A DNA stretch of 64,000 nucleotides from the human T2T-CHM13v2.0 reference genome, Homo sapiens: assembly GCF_009914755.1 (NCBI RefSeq), contig NC_060936.1. One strand, given 5' to 3'. The notes below the pieces were generated by a model that saw nothing but the letters and a program-made list of their open reading frames with translations, searched no databases and was not told the DNA's origin. Both the position numbers and the translations under genes were made by a program. Of the stretch, positions 27,588 to 40,755 are shown piece by piece (positions within the stretch are counted from its first letter, which is position 1; the number at the start of each line of letters is the position of its first letter).

Positions 27588-27829
27588 CTCTGAGCATAGA
27601 AGGGTCTTTCAGGCTGGCTGCTGTGTGGGTACCGTAGGGGTGGGGGCTGAGCCATGTCCTCGCCCCATGGTGGGCACAGCCCGCACCCATCTGCTCACCC
27701 ATTTGTCCATCTGCACCCACCCACATCCATGCACTTACCACCTGTCCCTCGTCTGCCACCCATCTGTCCGTCCATGCCACAGTGATCATGTGCCTGAGGG
27801 CAGTGGCCTCAGCACAGCCTGACTCTGGG

Positions 27830-28040
27830 CTGGGCTCCATGCCGGGCACTGGGTTGTGAGGAGCACGTCACACAGGGTCCCTGCCCCCAGGGAGCTGCCA
27901 TTCCAGAGGGGAGAGGAGCCAGTCAGTAAAGAGAGCAGCAGCTGCCAGGTCGGAAGGAAGGTGGCCGGGGTCAGGGCAGCATCTCAGAAGGGGCAGGCCA
28001 GGGTGTCTGAGTAGGGGCAAGCCTGTGTGTGCAGAACCTG
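27830..28040 (-). mobile_element. L2 3' fragment preceded by a CCAT-like tail
   Basis: atgccgggcactggg...ggtccctgcccccagggagctgccattccagagggga. Confidence 0.5.
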
Positions 28041-29827
28041 AGGCGGGTGGGTGCCACTGTGGGAGAGAACAGGGAGGGGTGCAGGGGAGCTGGGCCGTAG
28101 AGGATGGGAGGCTGTGCAGATAGTACCACTATCCCCCACCACCCCAGGCTAAGTGACAAAGGGGCTGACCCACCCAGTGCTGAGAGGGGCAGGGTCCAGG
28201 CCAGGTTTGTTCCAGCAGCCCAAGCACCACCACTCAGCCCTGGGAGGTCAGCATGGGGGCAGCAGGGACTTGGGGTCCTGGGAGGTGGCCATCCTGCCGT
28301 CCGCCTCCACTCCAGTCCTGGCCTCCATGGGCTGCGGGAGGGTGGGACGCCACGTGCGTTGTCGGGCCCCAGGTGAAGGGAGTGTCTGCGTGTGAGAACA
28401 CCTTCATCTCCATGGCATTTAGATCATCTGACTCCTCCACCTGTGGTATTTGATTGCAAACAGGTGAGGTCCATGAGGAGACCTCGCCTCCATCTGCAGA
28501 TGCGGAAGCCGAGGCCCAGGCATCAGCTGCACCTGTCGCACCCTCTGCCAGGGCGGGGTCCAGATGGGGCCAATGGATTTGGTCCCCTCCCTGTCCACCT
28601 TTTTCTCCTCGCCACCTCCCTGCCCCACATGTGCCCACACAGGGCTCACTTCCCGCAGCGGGCACGCGCTCTTTTATCTCCTGTTTTGTGGGTCAGAATT
28701 GAGCAAGGCTCAGCCCGGGTGGCTCCTCCATGCTGCACTGTGCTCACTGGGGTCTCCTGGGGATGGTGGCTGGGCTGGGTGGAGGGTTCAGGGTGGCTTT
28801 GCTGACGTGCCTGGCTTCTGGGCCTTGGTGGCTCAAGGCCCAGGCAGCTGTGGCCAGCCCTTGCAGAGCCTTAGCCAGGCTGGCAGCACCATTCCAGCAC
28901 ATTCTGCAGGTCAGAGCCCCCCAGCCCAGCCCAGGTTCTAGGGGAGGGGTTGGACCCTGGCCTGGAGGGGCCTCATGAGTGCCGCCTTTCACCCCACCCA
29001 CAGCTCCCTGCAGCGCTCCCAGGTATGGGGGCCACAGCCATCCACCAGGCAGGACAGCCCCACAGGGCAGGGAGATGCCTGACCAAGGAGGGTGGCACAG
29101 GCAGTGAAGGTGGCGGCGCACAGCCCTGCTGGAGAGGGCCAGGCCAGAGTCTGGGGTGCCCATCAAGCTGAAATCCAATTATGAGAACAGGCCGGGCTGC
29201 TGTGACACGGGGGTTAGGAATTAATGTTAACACTGTTTCTGGTTAAGACTTTTTGTGTTGATAAATAATTCATGAGGCAGTTAGCACTTTGAGCCTGACA
29301 ACACGAGAATATATTAATACGGTCGGCTCCAAGAAAGGTCAGCCACGTGCTTGGGGCCAGGGGGCCATCTTTTATTCATTCCCTGACACAGGCTCATTAA
29401 TTATTCTGGCCCAGCCGGAGCTGTGCTCGGAGGGACACTAATGAGAAAAAGGAGAGTGGATTTGAGATCCACACGCCATCCGCTGTGGGGACGTAGAGGG
29501 AGAGATGGAAAGAAACACTGGTGAGGCCTCTGAGGCGGGATGGGGCCTGCAGCCTGGCTCCCTGACAGTGCTGGTTAGGTGTGAAGAGGTGAGTGGAGCT
29601 GATCCGCAGGTGTGTGGGGCACTGGCTGCCACATCCCAGCTCTCCCAGAGAGATGAGGAACAGGAGCAGATGCAGCCAGTATCAGAGAGCAGGAGGTGCA
29701 TGGGGAAGTGAGGCTGAGGCTGTGGGTGCCCCAAGCACACTAGGCCCAGCGGGTGCAGGAACCCCCAGAGAAGCCACTGAGCAGAGACCCAGAGGGGAGG
29801 CTCGCAGGGCCAGCGGTTAGGAGTCCT

Positions 29828-31035
29828 GCATGTGTGCACGTGTACATGACAGTGTGAGTGCACGTGTGTCCATGATGGTGTGCGTGAGTGCACGTGTGTC
29901 CATGATGGTGTGAGTGCACGTGTCCATGGTGTGTGAGTGCACGTGTGTCCATGATGGTGTGAGTGCACGTGTCCATGGTGTGTGAGTGCACGTGTGTCCA
30001 TGATGGTGTGTGTGAGTGCACATGTGTCCATGATGGTGTGTGAGCACACGTGTGTCCATGATGGTGTGAGTGCACGTGTACATGATGCGTGGATGTTTGT
30101 ACATGGTGTGTTGTTTACATGTACATGACAGTGTGTGTGCCACGTGTGCATGATAGTGTGTTCTGTGTGTACATGGTGTGTGTGTGTGCATGTGTACATG
30201 ACAGTGTGCCATGTGTACATGATGGTGTGTGAGTGCACGTGTGCATGACAGTGTGTACACGATGGTGTGTGAGTGCACATGTACATGATAGTGTGTGTGA
30301 GTGCACGTGTAAAATGGTGTGAGTGCACATGTACATGACCTCGTGCCATGTGTACATGATGGTGTGTGAGTGCATGTGTACATGACGGGGTGTGTGAGTG
30401 CATGTGTACATGATGGTGTGTGTGCCACGTGTACATGACAATATGATTGTGTACATGATGGTGTGTGTGCCATGTGTACATGACAATATGATTCTGTACA
30501 TGATGGTGTGTGTGCCATGTGTACATGACTGTGAGTGCATGTGTATATGACAGTGTGTGAATGCACATGTACATGAAGGTGTGTCGTGTACATGATGGTG
30601 TGAGTGCATGTGTACATGGTGTGTGCTATGTGTACATGACAGTGTGTGTGCCATGTGTACATCACAGTGTGTGAGTGCACGTGTACATGACGGTGTGTGT
30701 GTGAGTGCATTGTACATGATGGTGTGAGTGCACGTGTACATGACCTCATGCCATGTGTACATGACGTGTGAGTGCACGTGTACATGATGTACATGACAGT
30801 GTGTGTGAGTATACGTGTACATGAAGGTGTGTGTGCCATGTGTATATGATGGTGTGTGTGAGTGCACATGTGTATGTGAAAGTGTATTGTTATGTGTACA
30901 TGCGTACGTATAACTGCATGTGCATGCATGACTGCATGTGAGTGCACGTGTGTACATAAATGTATGTGGCTGTGCACATGTGTGTACGTAACGGTGTCTT
31001 TGCATGCATGTATATGTGATCATGTTGTGCCATGC
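29828..31035. repeat. 1.2-kb alternating purine/pyrimidine minisatellite (tgtgagtgcacgtgtacatgatggtg)
   Basis: Directly visible; source of the His/Thr-rich minus-strand ORFs. Confidence 0.95.
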
Positions 31036-33379
31036 CTGTGTGGTAACGATCACAGTGAGGCCAGGGGCTCTGCGGGCACTCGGGGGTCTTCAGGCTGACG
31101 TGGGGTGGGGTAGAGTGGAAGCGGCTGGTGGCCAGCTCTTGTCACCAGGAACCCCCTTGCTGTGTGGAGACAGCTGGAGGGCCAGAGCACAGGGGCCCCA
31201 GGTGGCCACGCTCGACAGGATGTGAGGGCAGAGGGTTAGGGATGGCCGCCCTGTCGTGTGGTGGGTGCCCTCTGCTGTGGGTGTGAAGCCCACGGAGTGT
31301 GTGGCCAGGGACATGTACTTAACAGGAAGAGGTGGCACTCGGGTGTAGAATGGAAAGCTGTTCAGAGTGAGACTGTTCCTGTCCAGTGTGTGAGTCGGGC
31401 CGAGCCCAGAGGTGGCTGAGGTGGGTGCTTTCCCCACCCACGTCCCATGGCGTCACAGCACAAATGCCAGTCCAGCCTGTCCAGTGTGTGGGTTGGGCCG
31501 AACCCAGAGGCAGCTGTGGTGGGTCCTCCCTGGCCCGTGTCCCAGGGCGTCGCAGTGCAAATGCCAGTCCAGATGTTCCTATTTGTGGCAGTCGCGACTT
31601 GAGAAAATTAAAGGTGATTTTGTGCATTTTAAAGCATTTAGACCCAAGGCTCAGGTGGTGCTAAGCAGGTGTCTAATTCTGCACATGTCTGATGGAATGT
31701 TCTGGAATTGTATTGGGGCTGGGCAGTGCTCCCTTGAGGACTGGCCCCCAGCACCTAGTGCCCCAATCTTTGTGACAGTTGGGAGCCCCCACGAGGATAG
31801 TTTTGTCCCCTCCAACCACAGTGTGGGGCAACAGGCAATGCGGACTTCAGAGCCCAGGCCGCCCACACGTGTGCCTGCTATGTCTCCAGCTAAGTGGACC
31901 CCATGGATCCTTGGGAACAGGATCCATGTTCTCAACAGACAAGACCATGGATAACAAATAAGCAGCTGATCGGAGATCATCGCTGGGTGGGATCAGGGTC
32001 CTGAGCAGGAGCTGGCCGCACTCGTGTGCAGGCGCAGTGGCCACCACTGCACGGAGAGCTCGGGGGAGGGGCCGCAGAGCCCTGAGTGCCAGGAGGAGCC
32101 AGACTGGCTGGGACTCGAAGAAGAGCATTGGGGGAACGGGCTCACCCAGATCCCTGGTCAGAGTGAGCTTGGGTGTGGCTGGGCTGAGGCCCTGTGACCC
32201 AGGGGCCGGTCCCTGGGGCCAGGCCTGGGAGGGAGTTAGTTTGATTCACAGGAGGTCCTGAGACGGAAGGGGCCTGGGAGGGTGTGTTCTCCAGCTGCCT
32301 GTCCTTCTAACCAGGGCTCCAGCCCCACGTTCTCGCCGACACAGGGCTCTCCAGGCCTGCTCCCTTGGCAGCTCTCAGGGAAAGTTCAGAAATGCATCGG
32401 GAGATCCTGGGGCCAGAGGCAGGGGTGCCAGCCCTGCAGCCCCACCACTCCCCTTTCCCATCCCCAGCTGTCTCTTCACGGGCCTGGACTGGAGGTCAAG
32501 GGCTGCCTGAGTCCTGCAAGGCCCAAGGCAAGCACGGACTGTGCCAGGTGCACTGAGTGGGGGCCTCCAGTGGGCGACGCAGAGCCCAGAGCTTTCCCTG
32601 GCAGTGATGGCCACGGGGCCGCCACGTGGCACAGCCTCTCCTGAGGGCTTGAGCCCCCACCGGGAGGCACCCTCGCAGGCGGGCGCACAGCCCATGGGGC
32701 CTTGGCACTGTGGGGAGGGTGCACAGGCAAGTCCGGCTCTGGCGTGTCTGCTCCAGAGCCTCACTCACCTGCAGCTCCTGGAGGCTGTGGCTGTTGGCTG
32801 CAGTGACTTGATTGCTTGTTAATTGCTCATTAATTGGGTAATTAGTGCTTTGTTGTGCTTTGAAGCCTAAATACTCATAAAAACTGAATTTGCTGAGTAA
32901 GCAAACATAGCATTTTTCTTCAGGACCCACCACCCGGTTATCTTGTGTAACCAGGTTGCAAGGGTGCCTCCACCTCCCAGGACAGCGAGAGGAAGGTGGG
33001 CCTCAGTGTGGCGGGGCCCTGACCGGAGGGTGAGAGTGGCCTCCAGGGCTTCTGCCACAGATTCCAGAGCCTGGATTCAGGATTCAGAACCCACCCAGTC
33101 ACCCCCGGTCTGTGCCCTGGTGGGCTCCCATGCACTCAGTCCTCAGTTTCCCCATCCGGCAGCAGGTGGGTCTGTGGCGACTTGCAAGTGAGCCCAGTGT
33201 GAGCCGCATCCCCACACACTGCCCGGCCCCCACCCCTCGGGCTCCATGGCAGCTCTTTCCAGGCGCCTGCTCTTCCAGTCTCCAGAGAAGAAAGGCCTGG
33301 GGAGCGGGCGGAGAGTGTCTATGCTAGGATCAGGGTCAGAGAGGGAGGAGCTGGCCGTCAGGTGGGCCAGGAAGCCTCA

Positions 33380-34425
33380 GTCCCATGCCCCGGCCCTCCA
33401 GCCCGATGCCCACCCAGTCCTGCCCTCCAGCCCGATGCCCACCCAGTCCTGCCCTCCAGCCCCATGTCCACCCAGTCCTGCCCTCCAGCCCCATGTCCAC
33501 CCAGTCCAGTCTCCCAGCCCCATGCCCCACCCACCCAGTCCTGCCCTCCAGCCCGATGCCCACCCAGTCCTGCCCTCCAGCCCCGTGCCCACCCAGTTCT
33601 GCCCTCCAGCCCCGTGCCCACCCAGTCCTGCCCTCCAGCCCGATGCCCACCCAGTCCTGCCCTCCAGCCCGATGCCCACCCAGTCCTGCCCTCCAGCCCC
33701 GTGCCCGCCCAGTCCTGCCCTCCAGCCCCATGCCTACCTAGTCCTGCCGTCCAGCCCGATGCCCACCCAGTCCTGCCTTCCAGCCCCATGCCCACCCAGT
33801 CCAGTCTCCCAGCCCCGTGCCCCCACCCACCCAGTCCTGCCCTCCAGCCCCGTGTCCCCACCCACCCAGTCCTGCCCTCCAGCCCCCATCCACCTAGTCG
33901 TGTCCTTCAGCCCCATGCCCACACAGCCCAGTCTCCCAGCCCCGTGCCCCACCCACCCAGTCCTGCCCTCCAGCCCGATGCCCACCCAGTCCTGCCCTCC
34001 AGCCCGATGCCCACCCAGTCCTGCCCTCCAGCCCCGTGCCCACCCAGTCCTGCCCTCCAGCCCCGTGCCCACCCAGTCCTGCCCTCCAGCCCGATGCCCA
34101 CCCAGTCCTGCCCTCCAGCCCGATGCCCACCCAGTCCTGCCCTCCAGCCCCGTGCCCACCCAGTCCTGCCCTCCAGCCCCGTGCCCACCCAGTCCTGCCC
34201 TTCAGCCCGATGCCCACCCAGTCCTGCCCTCCAGCCCCATGCCCACCCAGTCCAGTCTCCCAGCCCCTGCCCCCACCCACCCAGTCCTGCCCTCCAGCCC
34301 CGTGTCCCCACCCACCCAGTCCTGCCCTCCAGCCCCCATCCACCTAGTCGTGTCCTTCAGCCCCATGCCCACACAGCCCAGTCTCCCAGCCCCGTGCCCC
34401 CACCCACCCAGTCCTGCCCCCAGCC
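33380..34425. repeat. 29-bp C-rich VNTR (cccacccagtcctgccctccagcccgatg), ~1 kb
   Basis: Period 29, with higher-order duplication of variant units. Confidence 0.96.
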
Positions 34426-34944
34426 CTCTCTCAGTTGACCCCAGGTCCCTCCCGCCAGGTGCCACCTCCCCTCGGCCTTGGGCCCCATTCCCTGTGGGCC
34501 ACCCTGAGAGTGCGCCCAGCTGGTCCCGGCCACCTACCCACCCTGGCCCGGGCCACCTACCCACTCTGGTCCCTGGCACACCTCCATCTGGCCTGGTGCA
34601 GCAGCAGAGCCCAGCCCCACACTGTCTCCTGCACCCAACCCTGCCAGAATGGAGGCCAGACATCCCCTCTCAGTGGACTCCACACGCCCCCTGACCCGCC
34701 CACCACACACTGTCACTGCCAGCCATCCCGTGGGCTTCCGAGCCACCTGTGGTGTGTGTGGCGCCTGCTCTGGGCTCAACACATCAGCACCTGGAACCAG
34801 GCTCCAGGGCAAGCCCACTGCTCACTGCACCTGCCTCACCCGGGGGGGCCCCTCCCCGATGGCAGGAGGACTCCCAGCCCCACACCTATGGCCCCACAAG
34901 CCCAGATCCCCAGATCCCCAGATCCCCAGATCCCCAGCTCTGAG

Positions 34945-35045
34945 TCCTGGGCTCAGCTCCAGGCCCTTGCTGAGTAGCCATACAGCTGAAGAAAGTTCTT
35001 TCCCTCTGAACCTCTGCTTCCTCACCTATGAAATGGGCTGATACT
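34945..35045 (+). mobile_element. MIR fragment
   Basis: cctctgaacctctgcttcctcacctatgaaatgggctgata. Confidence 0.65.
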
Positions 35046-35054
35046 GCTGTGACA

Positions 35055-35378
35055 CTGGGGGTACAGCCTCCCACCACACCCCTACCCCAAGGCACGTCAG
35101 GTGCAAATCCACTGTGAGCCTGGGGGGCAGAGCCCCACACCACACCCCTACCCCGAGGCACGTCAGGTGCAAATCCACTGTGAGCCTGGGGGGCACAGCC
35201 TCCCACCACATCCCTACCCCGAGGCATGTCAGGTGCAAATCCACTGTGAGCCTGGGGGGCACAGCCTCCCACCACACCCCTACCCCGAGGCACGTCAGGT
35301 GCAAATCCACTGTCAGCCTGGGGGGCACAGCCCCACACCACACCCCTACCCTGAGGCACGTCAGGTGCAAATCCACTC
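35055..35378. repeat. 66-bp VNTR x5
   Basis: caggtgcaaatccact at 35098, 35164, 35230, 35296, 35362. Confidence 0.95.
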
Positions 35379-38300
35379 AGTGGGCCCCACCCATCCATTC
35401 TATGCCAGTACCGTGGATGGCCAAAGGTGCCTCACCCTCAAGTGCCAGATTTGGGCCCTGCAGCTCCAGCACCCACACCCGTAACCCCCTGCCCACGAGG
35501 GGCCAGCAGCCCCGCCAGAGGTCATGCACCCCCCCACCCCGGGGACAGCTGCCCAGCTGCGTGGGGTGAGTGCACAAGTGGCTCCCACCTGGCGGTGCCC
35601 CCCCAGGCAGCCCAGTTCTGCCCATGCAGGGGAAGGGAAGTGGAGCCTGGGCTAAGCCCACATGGTGGAGGGGTGCGGATTCACAGGACTGAGGCGGCCG
35701 AAAGGGGCTGAGAGTGACCTTTCCAATCGTGAGACATTTCACACAGTGTGAAGCTCAACTCGAAATCTCCCCAGCTGCTCTCAGCCCTGGGGGCTGCCGG
35801 TGCCACGCCAGCCCCTGCCCCTTATTTCAGCCGAATCGCTTGATTGGAATGCATTGCATATCCCGCCCGAGCGTGCGGCCCAAATGAAGGTGGGCCCCTT
35901 GGCACTGCCATCTGGGAAGATGGGGTCCCACAGGGCAGGGCACGGGGCCCACAGCCACTCATGCTTCTGCCCCATCCCTTCCAGAGCTGCTCCCCCCACC
36001 ACCCCGAACCATCCGGGTTGCTGGAGTTTCTGGGCTGCAGGTTCAGACAGAATAGGTGAAGCAGCCAAGCTGCCGTCTGCCCCACGAGGGCCCAGCACAG
36101 GTGGCGCAGGTGGTCCTTTTCCCCACTCGGCGGCACGTGGCTCTGTGGCAGGTCCTGAGGCACCCACATGCCACGTACAGACATTGGGACACGTGGCAGG
36201 ACACTGAGGGCAGAAGCCACCAAGGGCAGGATGACCAGATGGCACAGGGAGGGGCCAGGAACTGGCACACGCAGGACGCGCCACGGCACATGTGCACACG
36301 GCAGATGCTCCTCGTATCCCCGGGCACCTGGGTGGGCACGCGAGGCTCAACAGGGCCCCACGGAGGACACATGTGCACACTCAGGCCACACATGCTCAGC
36401 CAGGGTGGGGCTTCCGCACCGGTGTTCCCAGCAGCTCGGCCTCTCACCCGACACTCAGGCTGGGCCTTTCCACTCCATCCTGCCCACACCTTGCCACTGT
36501 TAGAGGTACCTCGGGTTGGTGCAGGCGCCCGTGTTGTTGGGGTGTTTTTTCTGCTGGTGAGGAGGGGTCAGGGCCCCCTGCCCCAGGTAGTTCTGCTCAG
36601 GAACCTTCATGCAGTGCCTCAGAGCAGAAACCCGGCCCTCACTGGCCCTGCCTCAGCCCCTCTCCCACCCACTGGGCCCAGACAGCTCTCCTGGATGGGA
36701 AGCTGGGGAGGTGGAAGCAGAGGCTGGCAGTGTTTCCAGCACCCTTCCCCAATGCTGGGCCTAGACCCTCCGCAGGACAGCCCCTTGGCCCCTCTGTCTC
36801 CTGTCTCCTCCCCACCCTGCCTGGTCGGGGCCAGACACTGAGGGACCCCTGGGAGCAGCAACCTCAGCGCAGGGTCCCTGCTTATGAATTTTTCATGCCT
36901 TTGTTTGAGCAGTGGGATCAGGCGGCCCCTGAGCACACCGAAGCCATAATTAACACTTGCACTGGGAAGGGGAGGCATGTGTTCTTTGCTGCTTAATAGC
37001 CGTGCTGCTGATTTGTGTCTCCCCATGTGTGGGGCTGACAGGCAGCCCCAACCCCAACCCGTAGCCGCCCAGGGTCTGGAAGGGGTGCAGGGAGGCCTGG
37101 GTGATGGGGGCCAAGCCCCCTCCAGGCTCTTCGGGTAGCAAGGGTGCACTGCCTGGCTGTGGGGTGGGCTCAGATGCCTCTGAGGGATGAGGGAAGGGGG
37201 AGGGGTTGGTGGCAGTGGTGGTGACAGTGACAGTGAAGATGACACTGATGGCAGCTCCCATTTATGAAGCCTGGCCGCCAGCGGCTGCTGTCCTGAGCCT
37301 GCCACGCACGTTGCCTCCTCCGACTCAGAAGCCCCATGAAGGTGCCACTGTCTCTGCAGATGAGGAAACAGGCTCGGAGAAACGAAGAGACCTTTGCCAC
37401 GGTGTCCAGTGTCCACGAAGCAGTGGGGCCAGGACCTGCCCACGCCGGGCTCCGTGAAGCAGTGGGGCCAGGACCCGCCCCCAGACTGAGTTCCAGGGTG
37501 CACGTTAACTCTGGGCTGTGCCCAGCATTCGACACCCCAGGGCTGGGGCCCAGAAGCTGGGGGAGGTGTTGGGAACCCACAGGGAGCTGTCAGGTGGGGA
37601 TGCAGTTTCCTGTTCTCAGCAGGAAGCAGCCATCGGTGCTCATGAGAAGTCTCCAGGTGCTCAAATGTTGGCAGCCAATTTTAAAAAAATAAATCAGGCC
37701 AGACCAAGCCCATGTGCCCCCCTACCCAGCTTGTGGCTCTAAAAGCCATGTCTATGTCTCAAGGCCGTTGTCCACCCACGGGTGAGGGTCTGGGAAGGCC
37801 GCTAATGGAGCCTGGAGGTGCTAGGCATCCCCACCGCATAGCCACATCTGTGAAAACAGTGACACGCAGTGGCCCCTGGGGTGGTTGGGGAAGCCACTCT
37901 CACGGAGGACGAAACCGGTGCCTGTGCTTCCGAGCCCCACTGCGGCTCTCACACCCAGCCCGGGATGGAGGTGGGGCAGATAGAGCTTCCCAGGGCCTGG
38001 GGGAGCTGAGCTGCGGGCTTGGGGTGGGGAGCCCTGACTCACGCCTGGCCTCTGACTCGTGCCGCTGAGTGGTCTGGAACCCCTGTCGGGTGCCTCCCTC
38101 TGGCCACCCCACACCTTAGGCGTGAGGGCCGGGGCCCTGGGCAGGAGGAAGGAACAGAGCCCAGTGGTTCAGGGGCAGAGCCTGCCCCCACGGCCAATCA
38201 CCGGAATCACCCGGCTGCTACTCCCCACCCCAGGCACCCGGGTTTAAGTGGTCTAGGGGCCCCGAGCCTCGGTGCGGCTTAAAACCAGACTGACTGAGGG

Positions 38301-38637
38301 CGTGGGTGGAGACAACAAGTACTGAGAAGTGGTCACGAGGGCCATTATTGGATGGTGAGGTCCGACAGACTCAGAGGGGCCTTGTAGGCTGGCAGACCAT
38401 GGTACAGGGAGCTGCTGCCTGCTGGCTGCCATTGGAGCTCAGGACAAGCAGAGAAGGAGAGACTTGATATCGGGGTCTCCTCGTGGCTACAGGAAGGCTC
38501 ACCTTTCCAGCCTTGGCCATCAGGGTCATAGACAAGCGTGAGCACTGCCAGGGCTAAGAGACTCTAAAACTCCCAGACCAGGACTTCACCTACGCCAGGG
38601 TAAATGGCATCTTCTCGTTCTTGGCTTTGTGGGCAGA

Positions 38638-38995
38638 CAATGATGGTGATGATGGTGGTGAGGATGAGGGTGAGGACGATGACCTGATGGTAACGACAGT
38701 GATGGTGGTGAAGATAACTGATGGTAGTGCTGTTGAGGATGGTGACGTGAGGACGGCGATACTGATGATCATGGTGGTGGTAATGAGGATGGTGTTGGTG
38801 GTGGTGGTGTGAGGATGGTGACGATGGTGATGGTGATGGTTGTGACAATGGTGATAGTGATTATGGCGGTGATGGCGATGGTGAGGATGATGGTGATGGT
38901 GGCAATGGCGAGGATGATGGTGAAAATGGTGGTGAGGATGATGGTGACGGTGATGAGGGTGATGGTGATGAGGATGGTGATGGTAGTGATGATAC
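38638..38995. repeat. (GAT/GGT)n trinucleotide low-complexity tract
   Basis: Directly visible. Confidence 0.92.
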
Positions 38996-39004
38996 TGTCA
39001 TGTG

Positions 39005-39150
39005 TATAATGTACTGACTATATATCAAGCACTGCCTTAGTGCTTTGCACATATTCACTTATTTAAGCCACACAGTAATCCTATGAGCTGTAAGGGACAA
39101 CCCTGTAAATTGTTCCTATTTACAGAAGCACAAACTGAGACACAGAGAGC
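39005..39150 (-). mobile_element. MIR
   Basis: agtgctttgcacatatt...aatcctatgag...cctattttacagaagcacaaactgagacacagagag. Confidence 0.75.
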
Positions 39151-40551
39151 TCAGGGCCTCGCCCAGCATGGGGCCGTGCGGCACGGAGCTCAGGGCCTCG
39201 CCCAGTGTGGGGCAGTGCGGCACAGAGCGGGCGTCTTCTTTGGAGCCTGAGTCTTGGCCTCCTGACCATGCCCAGCATGTCCCTTCGGGGCCTGGGGTCT
39301 GTCCTCTGCTCCCAGGCATTCCTGCCTATCACAAACCCACACCAGGGTGACGTTCCCTGAGCCCCCGAGCCCAGCCCCGGCGCCGTGAATGGTCGCCTCA
39401 CTCGGGCAGCTCCCGAGAGGTGGATGTGTCTCTCCTTTTCTCCTCACCCTGATTAATTGCCTCATTCAATGCCGACTCCACTGCAGTTAAACATTAATTC
39501 AGTAGGACTTAATAACACGAATTCATTCACGCCCCTGCCTGCGCCTGGCTGACAGTGCCGTGCTATTTGGTTAATGAGAGGATCCATGCAGCGTCCTCTG
39601 GTGCGCTTGCTGGAAAGCACCCCTCAGTGTCTCCTTGCTGTTGGATGCATTAAACCCTCGCCTGTGTGGTCAGCCTGGCTGGGTCCAGCCACAGACCTGA
39701 AACCCACGGGGAGATCCGTAACCAGGTCCGGGCTTGTGGGAGCTGCTGGCTCTGGCCCATGGGTCTCGGGGCCAACCCAGGCTCAAGCAGGGATCTGGGT
39801 GCGGGGATAAGAGCAGAGGCTGGACTGGGCAGGTGGCCCCCAGGCCACGGGTGCACCCATGTGGCCCCAAGTGTCAGGCTGCTCTCGAGGCCTGATTGGC
39901 CAGAACCCTGACAGTCTGGTGGGATTGCAGTTTCCAAGTCAAAGGCTCTGCAGCGCAAATTCAGCAGGGAGAGGCCTCACTGGGGGTCCCCAGAAATCCC
40001 ACTGTGAGGCTAGAAGGGCACCTGACTCCCCTGCAGGCCTCTGGATGCTGGTGGGGCTGCCTCCTGTCCCACCTCCAGGGCGCACTCCCTCTCGGCCCTC
40101 CCCAGGCTCCCCATGTGCAGAGGGCATCCTTGGCACAGTCTCGGCTCCTGCTTTGCCCTCTTCCGGTCCCCTCAGCCCTGGCGTGTTCTGGCATGTTCCT
40201 CCCCTCCCCTGCGCTCCCCGCAGGAGCTTGTGGCTTTCCCCTGCCCCACGTCCTGGTCTTTGCTTCCTTTGCTCCTGGCTGAGCCTGGGCAGTTCCATTT
40301 CATACTTTCCTCACCAAACACCAAGGCCCGCCCATATCACAGCAGGGGAGATGGAGGACTCAGAGGCCCAGGGCCACCAGCAAAGCTGGTCTGCATGTCG
40401 GGGTCCTGTGGCCCAGCCCTTGGTGAGCTCCGCACCTGCAGCCTCCGGGGCGGGATGGGCCCGGTTCTGACTTGGAGCCCTCAGTTCTTGTGTGGTGGGC
40501 CGGGCTGGGCGGGTGCAGGTGGGACTGAGGCCCTTCTCTACCTCTCACCCT

Positions 40552-40755
40552 GAAGGCCAGACCGGGGGAACCCTAGGAGAGGGCTTGGCCACGGCTGAAA
40601 GGCCAGACCGGGGGGACCCTAGGAGAGGGCTTGGCCACGGCTGAAAGGCCAGACCGGGGGGACCCTAGGAGAGGGCTTGGCCACGGCTGAAAGGCCAGAC
40701 CGGGGGGGACCCTAGGAGAGGGCTTGGCCACGGCTGAAAGGCCAGACCAGGGGGG
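40552..40755. repeat. ~46-48 bp VNTR x4 with variable G-run
   Basis: gaaaggccagaccg(n)accctaggagagggcttggccacggct. Confidence 0.92.

Noticed and set aside
29438-31053. His/Thr-rich 300-390 aa minus-strand ORFs
   Set aside because: Translation of a CA-rich minisatellite that lacks stops in all three frames.
31640-31810. Possible MER20/hAT fragment
   Set aside because: Similarity too degraded to call by eye; needs RepeatMasker.
33246-34694. 482-aa and 358-aa Pro-rich ORFs
   Set aside because: Products of the 29-bp VNTR. The unit is not a multiple of 3, the same peptides cycle through all frames, and there are no supporting splice signals.
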